The notes under the pieces: generated by a model
Told to the model about the DNA's origin: nothing
Seen by the model: only the letters and a program-made list of their open reading frames with translations
Database searches by the model: none
Sequence record: PV745554.1
DNA: 64,000 nucleotides
Reading direction: 5' to 3' (one strand)
Translations under genes and position numbers: made by a program
In this document: positions 10,901 to 19,617 of the stretch, piece after piece
Numbering within the stretch: the first letter of the stretch is position 1
How the letters are laid out: each line of letters begins with the position of its first letter

Positions 10901-11414
10901 CGAGCGGTCGATCGAGTTCCAGGCCGAGAACCTGGACACCGCCGGCCTCAACCGCTGGTACAAGGCGGTCGGTTCGGGCATGTCCCTGTTCGAGGCCGAT
11001 CCGATCCAACTGAACTACCAACCCCGCGACCTCATGCCCTATCGCCCGGCCGACATCCGCCGGGCGGTCGCGGGTGGCGACGTCACGGTGACCTGGAAGC
11101 GTCGCACGCGGTTCACCGCCACCATGAAGGACGGGACGGGCGTGGTGCCCCTCAACGAGGGCTCCGAAGCCTACGAGGCCTACGTACTGGCCGCGCCTTT
11201 CTCGGGCGACGAATCCCGTCAAGACCCGCCCGCTGCGTACCTGCGGAAATACGACCTGACGAGCCCGACTTTCACCTACACGGCGGCCGAGCAAACGGCG
11301 GACGGGTATGACGTGAATCTTGACACTCTCCACGTCGTGCTCTATCAGTTGAGTTCGGTTGTCGGCCGGGGTTTCCCCGCCGCGCGCTCGATTGAGTCCT
11401 GGCAGGACTTCTAA
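7929..11414 (+). CDS. Central tail / host-specificity protein (GTA gp15 megatron-like)
   Basis: STYGNVIPEIYGTARVGGNMIW, PAYRGLCYVVF..LADFGNRIPQ, C-terminal LLRGRRGT and WKRRTR. Confidence 0.88.
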   Translation: MGAAIALPIISAIVSTAISYVFPDEGPRLRDAKVSASTYGNVIPEIYGTARVGGNMIWSKPFTEKKKKKRAGKGGSYYNQYTYFCDFAMGFCKGPVKEIRRIWADGKVIYDTTGGSEVVDNNKYRFRFYPGDEEQLPDSIVSEDKGLDYAPAYRGLCYVVFDDFALADFGNRIPQIMAEVYAGDEGGAAITDVTPLSGDVSPSPPSGSYQLDQAIIDTDRGYFYLVDGLADPRGGVLRRFKLSDGFEDRREVVLVPPTTPPSVYDSAGLTSVRGLTSKGELLCVFGGVNNYMRIEKLDPYSWASLGTLGRSFPFENESRPDWSLEFSNTNFKTGRDDKGNYYTLTLGVFGEYNIFDPTSMSYLSKGHMAGWNGPGTPMQITARQGGPASARRFYHVTYNGGPTLSVCSLGETLYNHPMPHPGAAGATGWCFWDEGDPGVVFFFTDGNQDRYLAKWSETTGALVWQTKLSDTPYCGYPVWGMEARIKDNELHWVYDQRLFSINTATGKWIDRTFDQDFYKTDNDKTADQVNDGEKGLELPREINDDYVIYDPRRNIVIGLGSPQVQNGIVHVGAYTGQRTNVGRIVEQLLTTTGQMTSNDFDLTPLYEIPVRGYGYATSTDVKSIISELRNLFMFDLVESDGKLFARVRGDQTADVEIPWQMLGSQSGPSDDKADYWKETRMSESDLPSAIDLTYMNIDDDYNPSTAKSKRISAPVATMLSRQQVKTECNLVMDATEAKNRVNVMLYTQWDERTQHNTALPWRYAYLDASDLISVTMEDGRNYFDRIGSIEFGADFSSRLETYGTDSGAYLSDKVGEGGGAGRPTVVNAPKPVVGFIMNTPLLRDTHDSGGNYSNWYSAIGAGAPGKFFGGTMYKSANSQDYVDLYQETESAEWGTVVGVVPPASHGWFALDWETKITIIPAVEFFELESITDDELWEGQNAVIVGDEIMQFRDAVENADGSWTIWNLLRGRRGTQYACDKHVKGEKFIFLDERSIEFQAENLDTAGLNRWYKAVGSGMSLFEADPIQLNYQPRDLMPYRPADIRRAVAGGDVTVTWKRRTRFTATMKDGTGVVPLNEGSEAYEAYVLAAPFSGDESRQDPPAAYLRKYDLTSPTFTYTAAEQTADGYDVNLDTLHVVLYQLSSVVGRGFPAARSIESWQDF
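11312..11349 (+). promoter_or_regulatory. Internal promoter: CGTGAATC-TTGACA-N17-TATCAG
   Basis: Motif copy inside the 3' end of the megatron CDS, oriented to drive the fibre genes. Confidence 0.6.
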
Positions 11415-11485
11415 GCACCCCTTCCACAAATCCGTGACCCCAGCCTCGGCCGGGGTTGCCCTCTTGTCATAAAAGCCGTGGAACG

Positions 11486-12325
11486 ATGAGCAACACGCCG
11501 ATCCTGAACATCCCCCAGGTCGCCCCCAACCAGAACCAAAAAGAAGACACGATCAACACGGGCTTCGCGATCCTGGAAGCGGCGCAGAACGACGACGTCC
11601 AGATCACGGTGACGGCGGGCAACTACAGCGTCACCGCCGACCAGTTCACCAAGGCCTTCGTGCATCGCTATTCGGGGCACACCGACGCCACCGTGGTCGC
11701 GGTGATCCCGACCACGGCCCGCTGGTTCGCCCTGTCGAACGAGGGCGGTTTCGCCATGGGGCTGAAAGTCTTTGGACAGGTGCCGGTCGTTACCATTCAG
11801 CCGGGCAAGATCGTCCTCTTCCAATCCGACGGCACGACCCTGCGCGCGGTGTCCGAGGGCGTCAGCCGCATCTTCGACCTCTCCGACGTCGACGGTTCCG
11901 ACACCCCGTCCAACGGCCAGACCCTGGTCTGGAATTCGACGGCCAGCCAGTTCGAGCCGGCCGATCTGCCGGCCGACGTCGACTTCTGGACCAACGGTAC
12001 GACGGGCAGCAACGGCGTGGTCCTGCGCAAGCTCTTCCTGCGCCCGGTCCGCTTCCTGGCCGACTACCTGGGTTCGATCGCCAAGGCCGGCGTGGCGGCG
12101 ACGGGCTCGGCGGTGTTCACGGTCAAGAAGACCACCGGCGTCACCACGACCTCGGTCGGCACCATCACCTTCACGGGCACCACCGCCACCTTCTCGTCCG
12201 ACGTCGGGGCCGGCTCGGTGACCGTCAACTTTGGGGCCGGCGACATCATGACCATCACCGGCCCGGCCACGTCCAACTCCGTCGCTGACATCGTCGCTTC
12301 CCTCAAGGGCGTCATCCTGCAATGA
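11486..12325 (+). CDS. Short tail fibre / adaptor protein
   Basis: ATG 11486 preferred over TTG 11456; N-terminus TPILNIPQVAPNQNQKEDTIN paralogous to the next gene. Confidence 0.7.
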   Translation: MSNTPILNIPQVAPNQNQKEDTINTGFAILEAAQNDDVQITVTAGNYSVTADQFTKAFVHRYSGHTDATVVAVIPTTARWFALSNEGGFAMGLKVFGQVPVVTIQPGKIVLFQSDGTTLRAVSEGVSRIFDLSDVDGSDTPSNGQTLVWNSTASQFEPADLPADVDFWTNGTTGSNGVVLRKLFLRPVRFLADYLGSIAKAGVAATGSAVFTVKKTTGVTTTSVGTITFTGTTATFSSDVGAGSVTVNFGAGDIMTITGPATSNSVADIVASLKGVILQ

Positions 12326-15300
12326 CCGATTACACGCCGATCCTGAAGCTGCCTGAGGTCGCGCCCAACCAAAACCAGAAGGAAGACACGATCAACACCG
12401 CGCTCGCCATCTTGGAGAGCGCGATGAACAACGTGAAGCCCTACACCCTGACGGGTGCAGGACCTCTCGCCCTGAACGACGACGACTTCACCCGCTACTT
12501 CCTGCACCGCTTCTCGGGGCAGACCGCCGCCTACGAGATCACCGTCCCCGCCGTCCAGCCGCGCTGGTTCGCCGTGGAGAACGCCGGCTCGTTCGCCATC
12601 ACCCTGCGCTGCTTTGGCGTTTCCGGTGGTCTGCCGTTCGAGGTTCCGCCCGGCAAGATCGGTCTGGTGGTCTCCGACGGCGCGGACCTGCGCACCATCG
12701 TGCCGCAGTCGGGCATGGGCCTGCTCCAGGACCTCTCCGATGTCTCGGGCGTGCCGACCGACAAGCAGGTCCTGCGCTATGACGCGGCCACGAGCCTGTG
12801 GAAGCCCTCGACCTTCCTGATCTCGTTCGGCGAACTGACCGACACCCCCAACAACTACCTCGGTGCCAACGGCAAGATCGTCGCGGTGAACGCTGCGGGC
12901 GATGGCCTGGAGTTCGTCTCCTCGGCCGCCAACGTCAACTCCTTCGTCGACCTCGACGACACGCCCAGCAGCTACTCGGGCGCTGCGGGCCTGACCGTCA
13001 AGGTCTCGTCCGGCGGTACGGGCCTGATCTTCGCCGCCCCGACCTTCCTGGAAGCCTCCGACACGCCCAACAGCTATAGCGGGCAGGCCAAGAAGTTCGC
13101 CCGCGTCAAGACCGACATGTCGGGCCTGGAGTTCGACAGCGTCCGCCTGACGGACCTGTCGGATGGGCCGGGGACCTATGCGGGCTTCGGCGGCATGTTC
13201 GTGCGCGTCAAGAACGACGGCACGGGGTTCGAATTCAACACCGGCTCGGGCGGCCCCGACAACTTCCTGGACCTGACCGACACGCCTGACGCGTACACGG
13301 GTCAGGGGAACAAGGCCGTGCGCGTCAAGACCGACGTCTCCGGCCTGGAGTTCTACACCCCGACCCTGGTGGGCCTGGGCGACACGCCGGCCAACTACAC
13401 CGGCGCGGCCAACAAAATCCTGCGCGTCAACGGCTCGGGCAATGCGGTCGTCTTCAGCACCCTGGCCTTTGGGGAGCTTTCCAACGTCGCCAGCGGCGAG
13501 GCCAACAAGTGGCTGCGCTGGAACCCGGCCGGCAACGGCATCATCAACGACACCCCGACCTTCCTGGGGCTGGCCGACACCCCCAACGCCTATACGGGCA
13601 ACGAGGGCAAGTTCGTTTACGTCAAGGGCGACGGCTCGGGCCTGGGCTTCTCGGCCTCGTCGGTCAACCTGTCGTATCTTGAGTTGAACGATACGAACGA
13701 CACGACCTACTCGGGTAAGACCGACATGGTCCCGATCGTCACGATCGTGGGCTCCACGCCGGTCCTCCAACTGGGCTTCCACAAGTTCAGCAAGCTCTCG
13801 GGCATCAGCCTGTCCTCGCCCACCGAGGGTCAAATCCTCGGCTACGACGCCGACCTGGGCCTGTGGACCAACATCGACGCGCCCGAGGGCGGTGGGGGCG
13901 GCTCCATCGGCGTGCCCTCCTATGGGCCGCACGCGTACTGGCGCCTGCTGCTGCACACCACCGACGGCAGCACCAGCCAGTACGGCATCCAGGAAATCCA
14001 GTTCAAGCACTCCAAGACCGGCGCGGACTTGGCCAATGGCGGCACGCCCTCGGCCAGCAGCGACCAGTTCGGCACGGTCGCCGGAGCGTTCGACAACGTC
14101 ATCTCCGGCGCGTGGTTCTCCAACACGCCCAACGACGGCGAGTGGATCGCCTACCACTTCACCACGCCGGCCGATGTCCGCTACGTGACCCTCCAGGGCT
14201 CGCAGTCCCAGCCGGACACCTCCCCGCGCTCGTTCTCGGTCCAGTACAGCGACGACGGCGTCGCCTACACCACCGCCTGGGAAGTCACCGGGCAGAACGG
14301 CTGGGCGCCGGGCCAGACCCGCGAATTCCACGCCCCGATCGACCTCTTCTTCACCGATCTGGCCGACGCTCCGCCCAGCTACATCGGTCAGGCGCTGAAG
14401 GTCCTGCGGGTCAACGCCGGCGAGACCGCGCTCGAACTCTTCACCCTGCCGTCCATCCCGACCAAGCTCGACGACCTGACCGACGTCCAGGTCACGGGCA
14501 CCCCGACCGACGGGCAGGTGCTGGCCTGGGACGACGCGACGGGGGTCTTCAAGCCCACCTCGGTGCCGGGCATCACCCCGACCGCGTTCACCGACCTGAC
14601 CGACGCGCCCACCTCCTATGCGGGCGAGGGCGGCAACGCCGTGCGCGTCAAGATGACTGAGGACGGTCTGGAATTCTACACCCCCGGCACGGGTGGTGGC
14701 GGCGGGGGTGGCAGCTATCGCGGGGCCTGGGCCTCGGGTTCCGAGCAGGTCATTCTCAACTTCGAGAACGGCAGTCTCAATCCGGCCTTCACCTATGATG
14801 CGGCCGGCTTCAACGTCGTCATCCAGCCGGACACGGTCTCGGGCACCACCCTGGCCCTGAAGTTCCGTCCGATCGGCAATGGAGCGACCTGCTATTGCGA
14901 CCTGCCGGTCGAGGACGTGGTTGGGATCGCCAACTTCAAGGTCCGCTACAAGGTCTCCTCCGAAGGTCCGGACTTCTTCCGGGTCATCCAGGACGGTACG
15001 ACCACGCTGCTGACCGACAGCGGCAACACCGGGCTGTACGAGGAAGGGTCTTTCCCGGTCACCGGCGACCACACCCTGCGGTTCCAGTACAGCAAGGACG
15101 GCTCGCTGGCGGTCGGCGACGACACCGTCTACATCTCGCAGATCACCTACTTCAAGACGCTGACCAACCCCTACGTCTACGGGGACACGATCACCTATGC
15201 TGGGTCCTATTGGCTCTGCCGCGTCGGTGGAACCTCCGAAGAGCCGGGCGTTGGCGACGACTGGATCAAGCTGCCTGATACCCTGGCGCAACTGGATGAC

Positions 15301-17061
15301 GTCGACCTGACCTCGTCGCCGCCCTCGAACGGTCAAGCCCTGGTCTTTGATGGCGCGACCAACAAGTTCAAGCCGGGAACCGTGGCCGGCGGCTCGGGTG
15401 GTGGCAACAAGTACAACATCGGCGTGACGCCGCGCACGCGTCTGCACCGCGCGGCTATCCAGTCGATCCCGACTTCGACCTGGACGGCGGTCCAGTGGGA
15501 CACCGAGGCCGAAGACGCCGCCAACGCCTTCACCAGCGGTGCCAACACGCGGGTCACCATTCCGGCGGGCGTCAAGGCCGCGCGCGTGACGGCCTATGCC
15601 AACTGGGTGACGCCGGTCACCACCTCGATCGTGGGCTTGGCCCTGCGTCGCAATGGCGTCGAGATCGGCTCTACCGGCGGCTCGCCCGTCGCGGCCTCGC
15701 GCGCGGGCCTCTACCAGTCGCATCTCAATTTCACGTCTGAGTGGTTCCCGGTCACGCAAGGGGACTACTACGAGTTGTTCGTCTATCACGACTCGGGCTC
15801 CAACCGGGACCTGAACGGTCCGGTCACCAACTTCGGCGAGAACACCTACCTCCAGTTCGAGTGGGATGAAGGCATCTCGCCCTCGGCGGTCGAGGCCGGA
15901 GACTTCCACGGCCCCCACCAGGGCTGGCGGATGCTGACCATCGACAGCCAGACGGGAACCTATGCCACGTTTGGGGAACTGAAGTTCTTCGACCGTAGCG
16001 GCGTCCAGATCGCCACCACCGGCGGGAAGCTCTTCGACACCTACTCCCACCCCTCTTACCCTGTCCAGCAGGCCTTCGACGGCAACAACACGACCTACTG
16101 GTCCTCGCTCCAACAGACCTCGACCGGTCAGCTTGCCGGCCCCGGCTACATCTTCGCCGCGCCCGTCGATGTCGGCTCGATCAAGCTGACCTCGACGTCG
16201 ACCGACTTCAACAGCACCAACTCGCCCAAGAACTTCGCGATCCAGTACACCGATGACGGTGGCGCGTCGTGGTTCACCTACGTCACCTTCAGCAACCAGA
16301 CCGGCTGGGGCGACCGGGAGGAGCGCACGTTCGTCCTGCCGACGAGCGGCATCGCCCGCGTCGGGGGCGCCCGCGCGCTCGACGAACTCAAGGACGTCAC
16401 GATCGGCACGCCCAAGAACGGCGACCTGCTGACCTATGACGCGACGACCTCGACCTGGAAGCAGAAGTCCCGCTGGGGCTATGCGCCGCCCGTGGCGGCC
16501 GATTTCCCCACGGCCGTGGGCACCGTGCCCCTGACCCTGACCTATGACGACGAGGTCGGGCTGATGATCGACTGCGGGGCCAGCGCCTCAGGGGACGTGC
16601 AGCGCGCCGTCCTCAAGGCGCTGCCGACGGGGGACTGGAACCTGACGGTGAAGATCACCGACCATCTGGCGCCGGTCTACTATAACGCCGTCGGGATCAT
16701 GCTGCGTGAAGCGGCGACCGGCAAGATCGTCCTGTTCGGGTGCGAGGTCGCGGGATCGAGCTTCTCCGTCCCCGTGCGGCAAGTGCGTTTCTCGCGGCTG
16801 GCGGGCCTGTCGGGCTTCACGGCCAACGACTATGCCCGCCCGTCGCCGTCGCTGCCGCAATGGTATCGCATCTCCCTGACCGGCAGCACGCTCAAGGCCG
16901 AGGTGTCGGCTGACGGCAAGTTCTGGCGCACCGTGGTGTCGCAGGCCGTGACCACCGGGTTCACGACCAAGCCCGACCAAATCGGGCTCGGCTGTTCGCT
17001 CAACTACACCGACTCCCAGTCGGCGATGTTCTCGGTCCCCTACTGGAGTCAGTCCTGGTAG
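12322..17061 (+). CDS. Long tail fibre / receptor-binding protein with repeats and discoidin(F5/8)-like lectin domains
   Basis: ~10 copies of F-x-D-L-x-D-T-P-x-x-Y-x-G; two paralogous beta domains (HAYWRLL..., HQGWRML...) with AFD(N/G) and FSVQYSDDG/FAIQYTDDG. Confidence 0.8.
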   Translation: MTDYTPILKLPEVAPNQNQKEDTINTALAILESAMNNVKPYTLTGAGPLALNDDDFTRYFLHRFSGQTAAYEITVPAVQPRWFAVENAGSFAITLRCFGVSGGLPFEVPPGKIGLVVSDGADLRTIVPQSGMGLLQDLSDVSGVPTDKQVLRYDAATSLWKPSTFLISFGELTDTPNNYLGANGKIVAVNAAGDGLEFVSSAANVNSFVDLDDTPSSYSGAAGLTVKVSSGGTGLIFAAPTFLEASDTPNSYSGQAKKFARVKTDMSGLEFDSVRLTDLSDGPGTYAGFGGMFVRVKNDGTGFEFNTGSGGPDNFLDLTDTPDAYTGQGNKAVRVKTDVSGLEFYTPTLVGLGDTPANYTGAANKILRVNGSGNAVVFSTLAFGELSNVASGEANKWLRWNPAGNGIINDTPTFLGLADTPNAYTGNEGKFVYVKGDGSGLGFSASSVNLSYLELNDTNDTTYSGKTDMVPIVTIVGSTPVLQLGFHKFSKLSGISLSSPTEGQILGYDADLGLWTNIDAPEGGGGGSIGVPSYGPHAYWRLLLHTTDGSTSQYGIQEIQFKHSKTGADLANGGTPSASSDQFGTVAGAFDNVISGAWFSNTPNDGEWIAYHFTTPADVRYVTLQGSQSQPDTSPRSFSVQYSDDGVAYTTAWEVTGQNGWAPGQTREFHAPIDLFFTDLADAPPSYIGQALKVLRVNAGETALELFTLPSIPTKLDDLTDVQVTGTPTDGQVLAWDDATGVFKPTSVPGITPTAFTDLTDAPTSYAGEGGNAVRVKMTEDGLEFYTPGTGGGGGGGSYRGAWASGSEQVILNFENGSLNPAFTYDAAGFNVVIQPDTVSGTTLALKFRPIGNGATCYCDLPVEDVVGIANFKVRYKVSSEGPDFFRVIQDGTTTLLTDSGNTGLYEEGSFPVTGDHTLRFQYSKDGSLAVGDDTVYISQITYFKTLTNPYVYGDTITYAGSYWLCRVGGTSEEPGVGDDWIKLPDTLAQLDDVDLTSSPPSNGQALVFDGATNKFKPGTVAGGSGGGNKYNIGVTPRTRLHRAAIQSIPTSTWTAVQWDTEAEDAANAFTSGANTRVTIPAGVKAARVTAYANWVTPVTTSIVGLALRRNGVEIGSTGGSPVAASRAGLYQSHLNFTSEWFPVTQGDYYELFVYHDSGSNRDLNGPVTNFGENTYLQFEWDEGISPSAVEAGDFHGPHQGWRMLTIDSQTGTYATFGELKFFDRSGVQIATTGGKLFDTYSHPSYPVQQAFDGNNTTYWSSLQQTSTGQLAGPGYIFAAPVDVGSIKLTSTSTDFNSTNSPKNFAIQYTDDGGASWFTYVTFSNQTGWGDREERTFVLPTSGIARVGGARALDELKDVTIGTPKNGDLLTYDATTSTWKQKSRWGYAPPVAADFPTAVGTVPLTLTYDDEVGLMIDCGASASGDVQRAVLKALPTGDWNLTVKITDHLAPVYYNAVGIMLREAATGKIVLFGCEVAGSSFSVPVRQVRFSRLAGLSGFTANDYARPSPSLPQWYRISLTGSTLKAEVSADGKFWRTVVSQAVTTGFTTKPDQIGLGCSLNYTDSQSAMFSVPYWSQSW

Positions 17062-17077
17062 GGCCTATACGCTTCGC

Positions 17078-17129
17078 CGCATATCCCGGATTTATACGCG
17101 AAAGCGCATAAATCCGGGCTATGCGTTTT
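17078..17129 (+). terminator. Long GAAA-capped hairpin followed by T-run after the fibre gene
   Basis: CGCATATCCCGGATTTATACGC-GAAA-GCGCATAAATCCGGGCTATGCG-TTTT. Confidence 0.7.
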
Positions 17130-17138
17130 CGGGCATAA

Positions 17139-17155
17139 TGTCGTGAATCTTGACA
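17139..17155 (+). promoter_or_regulatory. Motif TGTCGTGAATCTTGACA upstream of lysis genes
   Basis: Perfect copy; the TTG start called at 17143-frame lies within this promoter, so ATG 17215 is preferred. Confidence 0.75.
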
Positions 17156-17214
17156 TCGGCACAAATCCAGGCCATGGTCAAGACCTGATTTTCAGCACTC
17201 CCGGAATTCCCCAC

Positions 17215-17853
17215 ATGCGTGTCTCTGACGCTGGCCTGAAGCTTATCCAGGCCTGGGAAGGTCTCGGCGACGGTAACCCCGCCACCGTGGACCTCGAACC
17301 CTACATCTGCCCGGCCAAGGTTTGGACCGTCGGCTGGGGGCACGCCCTGAAGACGCCGACCGGTCAGATCATCGACGTCGACGTCTTCGGCGCGGCCAGG
17401 GCCAAGGCCCTGGCCGCCGAATCCATGCAGCGCAAGTTCGGCAAGGGCGCCATCACCAAGGCCCAGGCCGTGGACCTCGTGCGCGAGGACGTGACCTATT
17501 TCGAGCGGCAGGTCGAGAAGCTGGTGGCAGGCAATGCGGCCCAGTGCGAGTTCGACGCCCTGGTGTCGTTCGCCTTCAACTGCGGCGTCGCCAACCTCCA
17601 GTCCTCGACCCTGCTGCGGATGCACAACGCCGGCAAGCGCAAGGTCGGCGACGTCTCGCTGTCGGACCTCTGCCAGAAGAGCAAGCTCTCCACGCCGATC
17701 GACAACGTCGCCGTGGCCTTCGTCCGCTGGAACAAGTTCAACGGCAAGTGGGCGCTGGGTCTGTTCCGCCGGCGCCTGTCCGAGGCCCTGGTCTACGGCG
17801 GCCACAATCCCGACGAGGCGGTCAAGGCCGCCCAAGCCTTCAAGGGCTGCTGA
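17215..17853 (+). CDS. Endolysin, phage lysozyme (GH24)
   Basis: LIQAWEG...YICPAKVWTVGWGH, FDALVSFAFNCG, RWNK..GLFRRRLSE. Confidence 0.9.
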   Translation: MRVSDAGLKLIQAWEGLGDGNPATVDLEPYICPAKVWTVGWGHALKTPTGQIIDVDVFGAARAKALAAESMQRKFGKGAITKAQAVDLVREDVTYFERQVEKLVAGNAAQCEFDALVSFAFNCGVANLQSSTLLRMHNAGKRKVGDVSLSDLCQKSKLSTPIDNVAVAFVRWNKFNGKWALGLFRRRLSEALVYGGHNPDEAVKAAQAFKGC

Positions 17854-17854
17854 C

Positions 17855-18343
17855 ATGGGCCTCTTCGCGATCATCGCCCTGGCCGTGAAGTTCCTGATGA
17901 ACCCGGCCGTCATGGGCGTGCTGTTCATCACCATCGCCGCCCTGACGGGACTGTGGTTCCTGGGCGGCCCGGCGCTGTTCTGGAAGGTCCTGCGCGACGC
18001 GCGTCTCTGGCTGCTGGTCGCCGTGGCGGCCGTGGTCTTCGGCTATGCCCACCTCCAGGCCAAGCTCGAAAAAACCGAGCAGCGCCTGGAGCAGGTCGAG
18101 CAGCAGAAGCAGGCCCACGACGACGGCCAGGAGGTCGTCAAGAACAACATCAAAAAGCAGGTCAAGCGCGCCCAGCAGGGGGCCAAGTACCAAGAGGTTA
18201 TCCACAATGCCCCGACTGGCGAAAAGCTCGACGCCCTCCTCGACGAGTTCGCGCGCGATCAAGGCGTTCCTGATCCCCGCCCTTCTGCTGCTCAGCCTGT
18301 CCCTGACGGCGTGTCAAAGTCTCCCGGTCGGATTCTCCCCTGA
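17855..18343 (+). CDS. Inner-membrane spanin (Rz-like)
   Basis: N-terminal hydrophobic segments then coiled-coil (KLEKTEQRLEQVEQQKQ); follows endolysin. Confidence 0.7.
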   Translation: MGLFAIIALAVKFLMNPAVMGVLFITIAALTGLWFLGGPALFWKVLRDARLWLLVAVAAVVFGYAHLQAKLEKTEQRLEQVEQQKQAHDDGQEVVKNNIKKQVKRAQQGAKYQEVIHNAPTGEKLDALLDEFARDQGVPDPRPSAAQPVPDGVSKSPGRILP

Positions 18344-18593
18344 CGACCTCTATCCGAAGGAACTGCGCACCTGCGCGCCGTCTCCTGCGGTCCCGCCGCG
18401 CCCCGCGCCCGGCGCGCCGCGCTCCGAGGACGCCCAGGCCGGCTACGTCAAGGATGACCACCTCGCCGGCGCCGACTGCCGCGACAAGGTCGAGTCCTGG
18501 AACGAGCGCGCCGTCAAGTACGAGGCCCAGTACAAGGCCATGAACGCCGGGCCGGCGGGCAAGCTGCTCGCCAAGTTCAAGGGGAAGAAGTGA
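18207..18593 (+). CDS. Outer-membrane spanin lipoprotein (Rz1-like), overlapping Rz in another frame
   Basis: Signal FLIPALLLLSLSLTA-C lipobox, Pro-rich segment; start codon uncertain. Confidence 0.72.
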   Translation: MPRLAKSSTPSSTSSRAIKAFLIPALLLLSLSLTACQSLPVGFSPDDLYPKELRTCAPSPAVPPRPAPGAPRSEDAQAGYVKDDHLAGADCRDKVESWNERAVKYEAQYKAMNAGPAGKLLAKFKGKK

Positions 18594-19078
18594 TGCCGCC
18601 CTGGGCCGCCGCGCCGCTGCGGGTCTGCGGCAACTTCTTCCGCTGGGTGCGCCTGACGCTGGACAATCTCTGCGATCGTCCGGACCACCTTCAGCGCCTG
18701 TCGATCATCGGCTCGGGCATGGCGGCCTTCCCGCTGATCCTGCTGATCATCCACATCCTCGTCTATTTCGGGCTGCACGGTCCCGACACGGCCGCCGCCC
18801 TGGCGGTCATCCCGATCATCGGCAACATGGGCTATGGGGCCTTGGCGCTCTACGCGCTGTCCCAGGTGGCGCTCCTGGGGATCATCAAGGGCATCCGGAT
18901 CGCCGCGCCCGGTGGCGTCAACGTCGCCATCGAGACCACGGCGGGCACGGGCGACGGCCTGTCCGACGACAACGACGACCATGACCATGGACACGGCCGC
19001 TGGCGCGGCCGGGACCGCGATCAAGGTTGCGAACCCAATCCCCCTGCCGGCTCTGGAGCCGGCGCTATCACGGAGTAG
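18590..19078 (+). CDS. Putative holin / membrane protein
   Basis: Two hydrophobic segments, last gene of lysis cassette, charged C-terminal tail. Confidence 0.5.
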   Translation: MMPPWAAAPLRVCGNFFRWVRLTLDNLCDRPDHLQRLSIIGSGMAAFPLILLIIHILVYFGLHGPDTAAALAVIPIIGNMGYGALALYALSQVALLGIIKGIRIAAPGGVNVAIETTAGTGDGLSDDNDDHDHGHGRWRGRDRDQGCEPNPPAGSGAGAITE

Positions 19079-19083
19079 GGATC

Positions 19084-19230
19084 ATGCGCGAAGGCTATGG
19101 CGGTCTGAAGATCATCGACGGGCTGGTCGGCGGCATCCTTCCGATCAAGGATGACATCATCCCGGTCAAGGACGACGTCAGCACCGGCTTCCCGGACGGC
19201 GACGCGCTCGCCCCGCTCGACTACGGATAG
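19084..19230 (+). CDS. Small hypothetical protein (48 aa)
   Basis: GGAG RBS before ATG 19084; MREGYGGLKIIDGLVGG... Confidence 0.45.
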   Translation: MREGYGGLKIIDGLVGGILPIKDDIIPVKDDVSTGFPDGDALAPLDYG

Positions 19231-19250
19231 ACCTGCGACATCCGGTCGCA

Positions 19251-19290
19251 TGTCGTGATCCTTGACATATCGACGTTCTTGCACTATGGT
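19251..19290 (+). promoter_or_regulatory. Promoter TGTCGTGATCC-TTGACA-N17-TATGGT
   Basis: Variant motif with canonical spacing; drives a non-coding region. Confidence 0.7.
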
Positions 19291-19296
19291 CGCGCT

Positions 19297-19594
19297 TCTT
19301 CGACGGCATCCCACCGTCCCACATGGCTCGCGACCCACCGTTCGCAGGGACACGATCGCGACCAAGGCGGTAGCCGGAACGATGCTAGACCGCAAGGTCA
19401 AGCCTCCGGAACACGCAGCAGCCGGCTGGAACGCTAGGCTCCTACGTCCAAACGGGGTAGAGGCTTCCTGAGCCTTCGGGCGAGAGACCCCACCACCTCG
19501 AAAGAGGTTCACGCGTGATGCGGAGAAGGGCTGAAAAGCCCAAGTGTCTGGAAGTGCAGAAGACCCCGCCGGAGCAATCCGGCGGGGTCTTTTT
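19297..19594 (+). ncRNA. Candidate ~300-nt structured ncRNA
   Basis: Own promoter and terminator; GCAA, UUCG, GAAA, GAAA tetraloop hairpins; no convincing ORF. Confidence 0.6.
19561..19594 (+). terminator. Intrinsic terminator
   Basis: AGACCCCGCCGGA-GCAA-TCCGGCGGGGTCT-TTTT. Confidence 0.9.
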
Positions 19595-19617
19595 CTGTCT
19601 GGAGCGGAGGAGCCCGA

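Noticed and set aside
19297-19594. Group I intron (GAGAGAC and GCAGC resemble R and Q elements)
   Set aside because: No convincing P7/S pairing, no interrupted gene, and it has its own promoter and terminator; a covariance search is still advisable
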